A stretch of DNA of 64,000 nt. It comes from Octopus sinensis (lineage: Eukaryota). Positions 50,169 to 63,668 of this stretch are shown piece by piece (within the stretch, counting starts at the first letter, position 1; each line of letters starts with the position of its first letter). Below the pieces are notes generated by a model. The model did no database searches and was not told the origin of the DNA. It was given only the letters and a program-made list of their open reading frames with translations. Both the position numbers and the translations under genes were made by a program. The stretch is from the NCBI RefSeq assembly GCF_006345805.1, contig NC_043004.1, positions 46,562,001-46,626,000 on the forward strand, read 5' to 3'.

Positions 50169-50743
50169 TATTGCTGCTTTCTACGTTATTAGAATCAAAC
50201 AGTTTCGCACTATATATATATATGAGTGTGTGTGTGTGTGTGTGTGCATTTACATAGAAGTACACATACCCATATGTGACATGTGCAGGAATGAATATGT
50301 ATATGTGCGGATGAATATATGTATATATGTGTGTGTGAGTGTATATACATATATAAATGTTTATATGAATATATTCGTAGGCACCCACACGCGTATATAT
50401 TATTCAAATTAGACAACTACTGCGTTTCAAGTAAAATAACACAGTTTGTTTATTGATTATGGGAAGAATAATAGCGTATATGTGAGGTGAGCGTGTCGTT
50501 CATGCTTGAGACTCATTGAAATATATTGAATAAGCAATTTACTTTAGCTTTATTTGAGCACATACGTAGATACTTCTATTAAAATGATATAGTTTAATGT
50601 CGATGCCAATTAATATTTGAATAAACACTGATATAAAAACACGTGAAATTCTTATTATCATACACAATCATTCCAATGCATTCATAAAAACATAGACCTG
50701 GTATGTACTCTTGCATGCACATTCATCTATGGAAATGTCACGC

Positions 50744-50803
<60 letters not shown>

Positions 50804-50807
<4 letters not shown>

Positions 50808-51076
50808 ATTTCTTTATTACCCACAAGGGGCTAAACATACAGGGGACAAACAAGGACAGATATAGGTATTAAGTCGATTACATCGACTCCAGTGCGTAAC
50901 TGGTACTTAATTTTATCGACCCCGAAAGGATGAAAGGCAAAGTCGACCTCGGAGGAATTTAAACTCACAACGTAACGGCAGACGAAATACCTATTTCCTT
51001 ACTACCCACAGGGGCAGACGAAATACAGCCCAGCAGTTCGCCCGGGGTGCTAACGTTTCTACCAGCTCGCCGCCTT
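50804..51076 (-). mobile_element. SINE family C carrying a 22-nt tail-only insertion of its own family
   Basis: GGCAGACGAAATAC is duplicated at 50977-50990 and 51013-51026 around CTATTTCCTTACTACCCACAGG. Confidence 0.9.
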
Positions 51077-51289
51077 ATATATACCACTGACATGCACTCA
51101 ACTACTATGTACACTTTTCAGACACTGATCTATATATAGAAATCACTATTTCTAATGTTCTCTTATATGTTACGTATTAAGAATGACAGAAAATAAAAGA
51201 GTATAAAAAAATATAGATATAATGTTGATTGTAGATACCTGAAACCACCGCCACCAAACATGCAAAACGAACCAAACAGACTGCAAACA

Positions 51290-51548
51290 AAAATTAAGGA
51301 GCGTTAGAGCCAGAAGCCTCCGTATGCACAGCATATACTTCGAAGTTTAAATACTGATGTAGACCGAGCAACAATACATTAGCAGCTGAAAAGTTCAGGA
51401 CTGAAAGCAGAGACTAAAGCTTTCCTATTGTCGGCACAATATCAAAGCTTGCTTACAGAAACTACCAGGCTAACATTCTTTAAAATGGCTCTGACAATAA
51501 CTACACATTCTGCGACACATTTGACGAAACAATGGACCATCTCGACTA
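51290..51548 (+). mobile_element. Old Dong/R4-clade fragment
   Basis: LKSSGLKAETKAFLLSAQYQSLLT/RNYQANIL.NGSD...FCDTFDETMDHL parallels the protein at 30100-30350. Confidence 0.8.
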
Positions 51549-52425
51549 AATGTTGTTTATGTAAATATAAGAGAACACAAACACACACATACAAACATGT
51601 GTGCGTGTATGTCTGTGTGTGATTGCGTGCATATGAATGTGCGTGTATGTATGTGTGTGTTTATGGGATCATTTAGTAAATGACACAAGTTGATAACAAA
51701 ATAACTGAAGGCGAAAGCAAATCCTATTGTGTGTAATATTTATCGTATGTCAGTGAAATGAAAAACACTCGTTTATTATTAAGAATATGTTATATATTTA
51801 CAGCAGATTTTAAATAAGCGTATTAATATATAATGAAAGAATCTGTTTACATTTTCTATGCTATGGTTCATCTTTGCTTTCAACCGATATTGTAAATATT
51901 TGTACTTCATATACTTATTTCGTTAGTATTCAGTTCCAATTCTCTGCATATAAAACTTGTCCAATCCCATCTTACCAGAGCGAGAAAAAAACTGCAGTCA
52001 CACTACGAAAATATTTCTATTTCAGATTTAGAGTTACAGATGTCTGATCAACAACATTTTACGGTCTCTGGAAAGGTGATATTGAATTATTCCTTTTTCA
52101 GCCATAAAAATACTAAAACTGCTAAAAGCAACAACTGGTCAGGTTATCTCAAATATGGATAAGATATAGAGAGTTAAGTTTTACAATCTACCATTATAAA
52201 ATCTACTTCCTCCATGCAATATAATTATTTTCTATCCAAATAGATTCTGCTAATAAACATATATTCATAAATATATAGCGCTAGACCAGTAGACATATTG
52301 ATATATATCCTCTTACGCACAGATATATATGTGTTTGTTTGTTTGTTTGTTTGTTTGTGTGTGTGTGTGTATGTGTGTGTGTGTGTCTCTGTGTGTGTGT
52401 GCGTGTGTGTTAACTAAAATTATAC

Positions 52426-52968
52426 AACAAGGCCAAGGCAATGTGATATTTCTGGGACACTTATAAAGAGAAAGTTGGTCTTACAGGTGTTTCAGGGAAA
52501 TAAATGATATCCCATCATCATGAACTGACAGAGTTCATTATGTAAGAAGTTATTTTGGAAAGGGAGAGATACAGAATGTATAAGAGGAAATACGAAAATA
52601 TTCCCTTTATACTTTTTGTATTTTTATTTTCATATTTCCCTTTATACTTTCTGCATAAGCCTCTTTACCCATTCTATAAAGCACATTTCTTGGACAAAGG
52701 AACAGCAGCTTTAACATGTAACGTATTTTATTTTCATATTTCCTTTTCCTTTTATACTTTCTGCATTATATCTAATTTCTTGCATATCCCTTTCTTTCCA
52801 AAATAACTTAAGTGTTGCTTTCAATAATGAACGCGACTAATTCCTTCTACTGAAACTCTTTTAACTCATCTCTGATGATGGGATAACCCATATTTCCTTG
52901 AAACAGCTGTAAGACCACCTTTCTCTTTATAAATGTCCTAGAAAAATTATTTTGACTTGGTTTTGTTA
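52426..52968. mobile_element. Head-to-head pair of hammerhead repeat family K (- copy 52426-52590, + copy about 52630-52968)
   Basis: Reverse-complement similarity between the two copies and to 63270-63578. Confidence 0.8.
52869..52914 (+). ncRNA. Minimal type I hammerhead motif (family K)
   Basis: UCU CUGAUGA UGGGA...UUCCUU GAAA C AGCU G UA AGA. Confidence 0.7.
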
Positions 52969-53128
52969 TCGTATTTTATGTAACATATACACGATCACAT
53001 ACGACCTGCCTTAGACTCATCACTCATACTATAATTGAACCGGGAGTTTAACAGCGGTCGTTCCGTAGTACTTACATTGTGTTACATGCCTTTTAGGTGT
53101 TCTGGATATCAAAAGCTCATATCATATC

Positions 53129-53161
<33 letters not shown>

Positions 53162-53180
53162 CATGCATACATACATAGTC

Positions 53181-53973
53181 AGTCAATCTGAAATGGGCCT
53201 GCTATCCCTTGTATCTTCATTTGACCCAACTTGTGATGATTTTGGTTTGGCCATCAACTTCAAAAAAACATTTGTAATGTATCAATCTGCACGCGATGCT
53301 GTTTGCAATGCACCTAAGACTTTTGTTAAGTCTAAGTTACTTGAGGTTGTTGGGTCTTTCATCTACGATGAGAGCCCTATACAGAATGATGGATATCTGG
53401 ACACGGAAATACATCTGCGAATTCAAATGGAAGCACAAGCTTTTGTTGTTTTGAAGTCAAGCGTTTGGCGCCCATGACATTTAATAACAATACAATATTG
53501 GCTCTTACAAATCGTTTATCTTACCATCCATGTTGTATTCTTTTGAAACATAGACATTTCAGATTCTTAGAATGTGTAGGATGGAGTGAAAGCGTTTGAG
53601 GAGGCCAGGATAACACATACAAGACTCAAGAGAGATTTGAAGAAGAATGTTGTGATCGAGAAGGTGAATCTCTGATATTTCTGTACGCACAGTTCGTGAT
53701 AGGCCATGCCTTTCTTCTGCTGGGCACAAATTTCATATGCAGACTAATTTGCGAACTCCCACCAACTAGTCTGCCTTTATATCTGTGTACTCCTTTCAAT
53801 ACCATGTATGCCATAAGGTTAGCAAATCTAACGAAGGCCTCAAAAGACATTTTAAGATTCACAAAGATCAGAACTTAACTGCAGCTCTTGGTGAACCAAA
53901 TCAGATATGTGGGTGTCGTTTCTATGAATTGTCTGGTTTAAAAAAACCTATAAAGCCACATCAGATGCCATGA
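53181..53973 (+). mobile_element. RTE/BovB-like LINE remnant (post-YADD RT to C-terminal zinc fingers, internally deleted)
   Basis: QSEMGLLSLVSSFDPTCDDFGLAINFKKTFVM...VVGSFIY..SPI..DGYLDTEIHLRI, then YHVCHKVSKSNEGLKRHFKIH. Confidence 0.85.
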
Positions 53974-54041
53974 CGGATATATGGTGTCGGTACAAGAAGT
54001 CGGCAGTCTCTGCATAAGAAGTAGACAACCACACGCACGCA

Positions 54042-54116
<75 letters not shown>

Positions 54117-54198
54117 TAATAAATTAAATGCAGATACAAATGACAATCCAGTAGTTTATTTACCTTATAACATAATAAGTATACTATGAATATAGTTG

Positions 54199-54240
<42 letters not shown>

Positions 54241-54409
54241 TGTTTATAGAGGTTAATTTAGTTCTTGATTATATATAGATTATATATAGATTATATATAG
54301 ATTATATATATATATATATATATATTTCATTGATAAATTTATATTATTTATAGTTTTAGTCATTTTAAATTTATATCTTAAAAATATTGATTATTTTTAG
54401 ATCTGAAAT

Positions 54410-54455
54410 CCACCTGATGAATGTCCTGAGAAGAGACATGAAACAATTGTAGTGG
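54410..54455 (+). ncRNA. Minimal type I hammerhead ribozyme
   Basis: CCAC CUGAUGA AUGUC cugagaaga GACAU GAAA C AAUU G UA GUGG: all pairs intact, palindromic loop III. Confidence 0.9.
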
Positions 54456-54557
54456 CGAATATAATTTTATTTAATTTATATAAAAAAATTTTTATGTATT
54501 GGATTATGTCTTTCTTTGTTTGATTTGCAAAATAGTGGTTTTGTCTCTAATTAATAT

Positions 54558-54648
<91 letters not shown>

Positions 54649-54719
54649 ACATATACATACTATATATATATATATACATATTGTATATATATATATACAA
54701 ACATACATACATATATACA

Positions 54720-54753
<34 letters not shown>

Positions 54754-55057
54754 CATACATACACACATACATACATATAACGTGTGTTTATATAAGATAC
54801 AGATACTGTTATTCCGCCAGTAAGACACTCTCCATCATTTAGGATTTTAATGAATATGTGTTAATTTTGCCTAGAAGAGAATTTTACCTTTTGAATTCAC
54901 AATGCAATTTTAATTATAGAATATGAATAAAGGTGGTAAATTGAAACGTGTGTAGGCGAAATGAATTTAACTATTACGTAAATAAATTGATTTTCTCCGT
55001 GTTCACACCCCCCCTTACCCTTATATGATACACACACAGACACACGCACATATATAT

Positions 55058-55448
55058 CTCTTTTACTCTTTTACTTGTTTCAGTCATTTGACTGGCCATG
55101 CTGGAACACCACCTTTAGTCGAACAAATCGACTCCAGGACTTATTCTTTGTAAGCCTAGTACTTATTCTATCGGTCTCTTTTGCCGAACCGCCAAGTTAG
55201 GGGGACGAAACACACCAGCATCTGTTGTCAAACTATGTTGGGAGGACAAACACAGACACACATATATATACATATACATATATACGACGGGCTTCTTTCA
55301 GTTTCCGTCTACCAAATCCACTCACAAGGCTTTGATCGGCCCGAGGCTATAGAAGAAGACGTTTGCCCAAGGTGCCACGCAGTGGGGCTGAGCCCGAAAC
55401 CATGTGGTTGGTAAGCAAGCTACTTACCACACAGCCACTCATGCGCCT
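55058..55448 (-). mobile_element. SINE family A, full length
   Basis: Matches 388-779. Confidence 0.92.
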
Positions 55449-55505
55449 ATATATAAAACGTGTGTATACGCGTGTATGTGTATGTGTTTGTGTGTGTGAA
55501 TTTGT

Positions 55506-55556
<51 letters not shown>

Positions 55557-57704
55557 TGTGTGTTGTTCTAATATCCATCCTGCTTTAACGAATGGTCTGC
55601 AGCAGCGTATTTATACGGACAAGTTTTAGATCGATCGATCTCTCTCACCGAGTAAGATTGAAGATCATTCACAGACATTTGCTTTCTGAAGGCGCTGTGT
55701 CTCGCCACGAAGGGATAGATGATTGTAGACGTTAATTTAACTTCGCTTTTTTGTATTTTTATTTCGTTCTTTACCGAAAGTGTTCATATATTCCTAATGC
55801 TCTGTATAAATCTCATGTGCGGAGCGGCTCTTCCTGATGCGTATGCTGGTTGTATGGGACATGATATATTATTCGTCAGGGGATTTCAATTATTTAGGGT
55901 TTCAATGTTATCCTATTCATGAAAATGACATAATATTTACAACAGACCCTTATATGCATTTTTTCATGCTATTTAAATTTTAACATCCGAAAAACGTCTG
56001 ATTTTAATAAAAGAAATCTGCCTGACAAACAAACGAGACAGCATGGTACATGAAACTCTATAACACACGTTATCCCTGAAAGTAAACTAATACTTTACCT
56101 ACAATAAGGTGTAATTTGTTGATAGATGAATAGAACGGCTGAGTCTTACATAATTGAATCTTCTGCATTCGTAAATTTGATTTTCTGTCTCATCATTGTT
56201 TATACGTCTATTACTCGGGCGGATAATTTAGATATATTACAGGTGTCTGAGAAATGCCTTCGTATAATTTCCCCTTTCATACCAGCCAGTATAGCAATAT
56301 ATTAAATTGAGTTATATATATGTATATTCTTAATATAGTGATATCATTTATATCATGTTTTTCGACGTACCAAAATGCATTATACTTCGATAGATAATGA
56401 AAGAAATCAATCAATATCCGTTAAGCTCCAAAGACATTAGGCAGCGCCTAGCTATTATATTAATTGTATTCCTGTTTCTGTAACACCCATCAGGCCTATA
56501 TATCCTGCACATATTTATCGGAACAACTTTGATTAATCGTTGTACTGATAGGATAATTTTAACAGCGCTCTATTTTGAATGGCGCGCCGCGCATAACAGA
56601 ACTTGAAAGCAACACTTAAATGCATTACATAGTGTTCCAGCTGCATATATTTGTTGCAAATATAAACATGGACGAATGATGAAATGTAATGTTACAATGA
56701 TCCTCATGGTGTTATATGTGAAATACTATTTACATGAAATGTATACAACGATCAATAAAATTCTTCTGACTTTATTCTTCGACCATGTATCTACATAGAT
56801 GATGTTGGCAAATAGGCGATTGTTCCTCCACCATTCAACGTTATAAACTACATATTATGAAGATTTCCATGTAGTCTGCCTAAAACTCTGTCTCATCAGT
56901 TTGCGTATGATAGTTATTTCAAGGACAGGAAATATAATTTCGTCATGAAATAATAAAGTTACACATAATACCGTCAGAGATCATTTCGGTTGCTTGTTAG
57001 GAATCATTCTGGAGTTGTTCAGAGAGAAAATCACACATTCTCAGTTAGTAGTATCGGAATAATAGGTGCATAGTGAAAACAAGAATAAGAAGCGATCGAA
57101 ATATGTTACACGTTTATTATTGCCGTTTACACCTCATTCTAAGACATAAAACCTTTATTATTAACTTTTCACAACCCTTCTCGTTATGCTATGAGCTAGC
57201 CTATTATCTATTTCAAGATCTTTCAACCTGTATTTCATCCTGTATTTCTGCAAATATTACGCTTTTTGCGCCGAGAATTATTTTATAATCCGATGAAAAT
57301 GAATTATCGGAACCGGTTTCTATTTGTGCAGTATCATGATAGAACCGGACTTATTAATTGTAATTTTATACATTTTAAAAGACAAAGATTGTTTCTGGTT
57401 GAGGACTTACGTATTTGTAAATCTGATACTCTCAGAACGGTAGTACAGCGTACATTGGCAAAACGAATAGAATAACACATCGCAGTATAACAGTATATAT
57501 CGCGGTGTAACTTTCGTTGATAATTCGATGAAGAAGCATTTTTCAGTCTTGCAGTTTACATCATGGCTTCCAGGAGCAATGCTCTTAAGAAGCATGAAAC
57601 GATGCCTATGTATAAGTAATAGTTATTTACAAAGACGAGAGGATTTGATGCTTCTGTGGCAGGTATTTATAAAGAGTAAGATGTAAAAACCAAATATTTT
57701 CTGA

Positions 57705-57974
57705 TGTACACTCACCATCATTGTTCGACCGTGGTCGAGACAATGGAATTTACCATGCTACGCCAGACTTCACGGTCCATCATAGCATTACGGAGGTCCT
57801 GTTGCCGGATGCCTGTATCCCTGAAGATTGCGTCATGGTAGGAGAGTGTGCGCCCTCTGGTATCGCGAGTAGATGGCTTCCAGAGGAAAAGAGTAGAAAT
57901 TGCCTCGTTTTCAGCTCTACAACAATGTCCAGCACACTGGACTCTCCTACCTTTCACAAGAGATGACACGTACA
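57705..57974 (-). mobile_element. RTE-clade LINE 3' end
   Basis: RRVQCAGHCCRAENEAISTLFLWKP..RGRTLSYHDAIFRDTG....DLRNAMMDREVWR is a typical RTE C-terminus. Confidence 0.88.
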
Positions 57975-57975
57975 C

Positions 57976-58029
<54 letters not shown>

Positions 58030-58033
58030 AAGC

Positions 58034-58092
<59 letters not shown>

Positions 58093-58185
58093 CAGCAGCA
58101 GCAGTAGCAGAAACAGAAGTTGCAGCAGCAGCAGGAGAAGAAGTTGCAACAGCAGTAGTAGTAGTAGTAGTAGTAGTAGCAGTAG
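57975..58185. repeat. (TAG)n/(CAG)n microsatellite
   Basis: Direct reading. Confidence 0.95.
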
Positions 58186-58239
58186 TGTGGGTGTATGCGC
58201 TATAATAATGGGTCACTGCATCCTTCATTTTGTCTGATA

Positions 58240-58400
58240 TCGTACTCTAAGTGGATGACGCCTTTGCGCATCTCTGTTTGTGCAGTCGAGGCTGGTGAGG
58301 GTTTCACGTGGTCGGAGTGCAACTCCTGCCTCGATCTCTTTTAGTCGCCTTTTATGACATGTAGATTCTTTGACATGCCGGTCCCCAATCGGTAGCACCG
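58240..58400 (+). mobile_element. Possible RTE-type 3' tail remnant
   Basis: TTTAGTCGCCTTTTATGACATG resembles the TTAGTCGCCTCTTACGAC tail motif I recall for RTE LINEs and derived SINEs. Confidence 0.35.
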
Positions 58401-58939
58401 AGGAAGAATATGTGCATTTTAATTTTTTTTTTTTTTAATTATATTCTATCCAATTATAAATGATCGTTTATATGCTGAGAGAAGGGTACTGAGGCAGTCT
58501 TGACAATGCGATTTACCTATCCCATAGTAAACATTTCGCTGGTGTTTGAATCAGAGAGCTGTCACCAAGCTAAATCGATTCCTGAAATTCAGAAATAAAT
58601 AAGTATAATAAAAATATTCTTTGCGAAGGAATTGCCCATCAACCAAAAAATTCAATTAGGAACAGCTTAAAGGCGAAATTAAGTTACGGAATCCTAACAT
58701 GTAATTGCCAACCTAGTGTGGCGTCCTATACGGTACAGTGCTACTGGCGCTTATATCCCCTGGAAGACAACTTTTTCCAGGTGGCTAACGACACAGCTAG
58801 CATTTGCGAGGGAGGTGTCATCGCTCCCATTTTTTACTGTTTACATATCCTCACAGATTTAAAATATATATATATATATATGTACGTATGTGTGAGTATA
58901 TGTGTGTGTATATATCTCTTTACTCTGTTACTCTTTAAG

Positions 58940-59331
58940 TCTTTTATTTGTTTCAGTCATTTGACTGTGGCCATGCTGGAGCACCGCCTTTAGTCGAGCA
59001 AATCGACCGCAGGACTTATTCATTGTAAGCCTAGTACTTATTCTATCGGTCTCTACAGCCGAACCGCTAGGTTACGGGGACGTAAACACAGCAGCATCGG
59101 TTGTCAAGCAATGCTAGGGGGACAAACACAGACACACAAACATACACGCACACATATATATATACACACATATACACGACAGGCTTCTTTCAGTTTCTGT
59201 CTACTAAATTTACTCACAAGGCTTTCGTCGACCTGAGGCTATAGTAGAAGACACTTTCCCAAAGTCACGCAGTGGGACTGAACCATGTGTTTAGTAAGCA
59301 ATCTACTCACTACACAGCCACTCCTGCGCCT
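58940..59331 (-). mobile_element. SINE family A, full length
   Basis: Matches 388-779. Confidence 0.92.
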
Positions 59332-59333
59332 AC

Positions 59334-59398
<65 letters not shown>

Positions 59399-59434
59399 TG
59401 TACATACACACACACACACATATATATATGGGAC

Positions 59435-59481
<47 letters not shown>

Positions 59482-59687
59482 GGACATATTTTTGTAGTAA
59501 AGGAAATAACAGTCGCCTGGCTGCTATTTCTAATACTTTCGGTATGTGGTCTAGCAACCTGTTGCAAAGACCCTCATTGTTATAATTATATATAATTTTA
59601 CCGAATATGGTCCTTTTCCATACCGAAAAACTACTTGGTGAAATTTGTTGATTTTATTAAGTTAATTATATTTCACCCTTTATCTGT

Positions 59688-59858
<171 letters not shown>

Positions 59859-60282
59859 GTGTGTGTGTATGTATATGTGCGTATTTGCGGGACTGTTGGC
59901 ATATGTATAGGTGTATGTACGTGTGCCTGTATACGTGTGCATGTAGCTATGCATGTATGTGTTTGTTCAGTCATTTGGCGTTGTTGAACGTATCATTGAC
60001 CTGGCATGATACAGATATAGAATGCGTCAAATTCTCTATGCCCAGCTGTAATCTGAAAGTAACTCATGATAGACCTTTAATGTAGTTATTTTCCGACCAT
60101 AATCTGTAGGAATTTCGGCTACAATTGGCAAAATGGGTGAAGGTGCCGAATCTGTGAGTGTTTGTGTGTGTTTGTGAATGCGTGTGTATATGCCGATAAA
60201 TATCTCGACCTTAGTTAGCAAGTATACCAAACACATCGCCGCCTAAACACTTTGGCTTGCACATATATGTTTTCTTTTTCTC

Positions 60283-60562
60283 ACCTGCAACACGGAAAAC
60301 CTGATCTACGTAATCACATGCATTGTTTGCCAACATAATTACATAGGCCAGACGGGCGAATCTTTGCACAACAGAATGACGACCCATCGCCAGCAGATCC
60401 GAGAAAAGACACAAGGAAAATTCCTTTAAGCCATCACGTTGCCACCTGTGCAGGAATGGTTTTACCAAATTTCAAAAGTGCTCAGTTTCCTTCAAACAAC
60501 AACAAAGACTGAATAAAGGAAGACAACTTATCAACAAGTATAAACCACAATTAAATATAGAC
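60283..60562 (+). pseudogene. Penelope-like element GIY-YIG endonuclease remnant
   Basis: TCNTENLIYVITCIVCQHNYIGQTGESLHNRMTTHRQQIRE, frameshift, PLSHHVATCAG...LINKYKPQLN. Not reported in the ORF track. Confidence 0.88.
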
Positions 60563-61453
60563 CCAATCACAACCAATAATAAGAACAGATACTTAAAATA
60601 ATTTTATGCATAGTATCATTTTGAAAAATACATCAAATAATTTCCGAAATCTTTCTTCCAATATTCAAATACGCTAGCAAGTACACACACACAATGACAC
60701 ACGCAGAAACATACACAAACACACACACATAGACATACACAAACATACACACAAAAGAAAATATCGCAAAACAGACACTTAAGCACATGCACAAATACAC
60801 CTACTCATAGACTCACACACACGCATCTGATGACAACACACATACACACAGATGAAGACACTGAAAAGAATACATCTAACACAAAGAAAAATCGAAATTC
60901 TTTCTTCCACAAGACATTTGTCACAACATGCAAACCTATCAACTCACAGTTGTCCATTTTTCAAAACATACTTAAGGACATTCAATACAATACACACACA
61001 GATACACACACCCCCACTCACACACAGGTGGGCATAAAACCCATTCAATAAATGCTTTTTAGCCACTCTCCTGGTAGGAATATACACAGTTTCTTTTAGA
61101 CAATAGACACCCGTTCTCTCACTCTCCAACACTTTAAACTTATACCAAACTATATTTAAAAAATACTTCAACGAAACATCTCCAGACATGTTCTTGACCC
61201 TCAGCCAGAAGATAAACTTCTTTTACATCAATTGCTTATAAATTTGTACTGATATTTCATGCTAAGAAATATTTCGAATCCGGTAATATTCTTTTCATAT
61301 AATATTTAGTATGAGTTTTTATTAAATTCCCTCTTAAACTGAAAGGTCTTAAACTTACTTCTGTGCTATTTCCACCTCCACCTTTTATATATAAACGTTT
61401 GATTTGTACAGATCTCTAATTTTTTTCAACCTATGTATGCGTCTATATATATG

Positions 61454-61487
<34 letters not shown>

Positions 61488-61729
61488 TGTATGTATGTAT
61501 GTATGTATGTATATAAGCATGTATGTATGTATATATATGTGTGTGTGTATGTATATGTATATATTTATGTATATATATATGAATGTTATGTGTGTGGTTG
61601 TAGTAGCTTATATGTGCATTAAACTTCAACTGTAAAACTGAACGCAACATTTTATTGAAAAGTGTATATAAACCTTTGTCCGCATTTGAGACTGTATAAC
61701 GTGGCCAAATCGCAGCATATATATATACA

Positions 61730-61777
<48 letters not shown>

Positions 61778-63269
61778 TATGTGCGTGTATGTCTATCTGT
61801 CTGTCTGTATATATATATATGTATTGAAAGAGGGAAATAGAGAGGTAGATAGATAGAGAGAGAGAGTGAGAGAGAGAGTGATGATTGTATACTTAGAAAT
61901 TAATTGGTATTCTTGAGAACAGCGCCTCATTTATAACTGCTTTTCTTTTATTGAATTCTCTGGTGATATTGTTTATAGCACGTTCCCGTGTTTCATTACC
62001 AGGCTACTTGTTTATTGTATGTCTTTTCAAGTCCAGAAGAAATGCATCCTGTCTGTATTGTATGTATAAACGACTAGTATATATAATTCAGCATTAACAG
62101 TTTATAAAATGTGTTTGTATGAAATAAGGAAAATAGATATTGTTACGTATGCTCCTTAATACGTCTCAAGCACAAATCCTTTTCCAATATAGTTAGAAGG
62201 TAGAAACTTATAGCGAAAATTATAGAATGAGATTATGTGATGTTTATCCATCACAAAAAATATTTGTGCTACATTATATTTGAAATTACTGGTAAGTGAA
62301 TATGTATATCCTGTTTTTGCCAGAAGTTTCTATAACCGTATTCTAGTTGTATGACCCAAGTCTGACTCAATCAACATCTACTCTTTTTCCTACAACACTT
62401 TGGTTTTGTGGTAACTTCCTCATGAAGTGCAAAAGCATACGTGAGCCTTTACACCACCCTCAATACTGGTAGGAAGGAGGGAAATATGGATATCTCACCC
62501 CCCCCAATTCATCTGGTCTGAAAGTTGAAAGAGTGATTCCGCTGAAGCTAGCCAATTTGTTAGGGTCGTGATATTAATCGGGCAAAACTTTTGCTCTAAC
62601 TACAAACTCGATGGTGGTGAGATTTGAACTCTAACACTCAAGATGCAAAAAGTAACAAAACCCTATCTTTCTCATTGGTTATACAGAACCACCAATCCAC
62701 GCTGCGAATGGCATATTTTAATCGACCCCTCCCCGCCCCAAAGTTTACATTGGTGGAATTTGAATTTGAAGTGCAGACACATGAAATATCATGATATATC
62801 ACAAGCAACTTATATAGCTATGCCAGTTCACACCTGAACGAAATTGTGGAGGTAGGGTCTTGGTTTTTTGGTCAATGGGATTACGCAACTCGGAAAAGTG
62901 TGGGGGTCTTTGAGTGCTTGCAAATGAAACTGGTAAAAAGCAAGCACTTCAAACATGATTTCCTCAGTAGACCGAACCAATTTAATGGATTTTCCCTTAT
63001 GAATGCTATTCTAATGAATGTTCCCTTACAAACACTATACTAAGAAAGTCAGAGATTGGACTGTCAAGCTAAGAAGGAGTTTAGTATCAGATATTTAGCT
63101 TCACTTTCACGGATTTATGCAATAACGTTAATGGTAAATAAGTGTGTACGCCTGTTACATGTATTTATGTATCATTTGATCTCTGTGCTCCCGGTTCATT
63201 AATTGCATGAGTGAGGAGTCTAAGTATGTCGTGTGTAAGCGTGTATATGTTAAATAAAATACGATAGCA

Positions 63270-63578
63270 AGCCCAAGGCAATTCGACTGTCCCAGGACAT
63301 TTATAAACAGAAAAGTGATCTTACAGCTGTTTCAGGAAAATAAACGACATCCCATCATCAGAGTGGAGTTAACAGAGATTCTATAAAAGGAATTAGTAGA
63401 ATCAATTTTTTTAGAAGTTATTCTGGAGAGGGAGAGATTATGCAAGAAATTAGATGTAATGGAGAAAGTTTAAAAGGAATCTATGAAAGTAAAATACATG
63501 TTGATTGTTAAAGTTGCTGTTCTGTCATCCAAGAAATGTGCAGTATAGAATGAGTAAAGAGGCTTCATATCCATGATA
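63270..63578 (-). mobile_element. Hammerhead repeat family K, third copy
   Basis: Aligns with 52657-52960; HHR motif on the minus strand at 63318-63364. Confidence 0.8.
63318..63364 (-). ncRNA. Minimal type I hammerhead motif (family K)
   Basis: ACU CUGAUGA UGGGA...UUUCCU GAAA C AGCU G UA AGAU; stem I is weak in this copy. Confidence 0.6.
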
Positions 63579-63601
63579 TAATAATAATAATAATAATAAT
63601 T

Positions 63602-63649
<48 letters not shown>

Positions 63650-63668
63650 TAATAATAATAATAATAAT

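Noticed and set aside
60826-60880. CTGATGA...GAAA downstream of the GIY-YIG remnant
   Set aside because: No consistent stems could be built.
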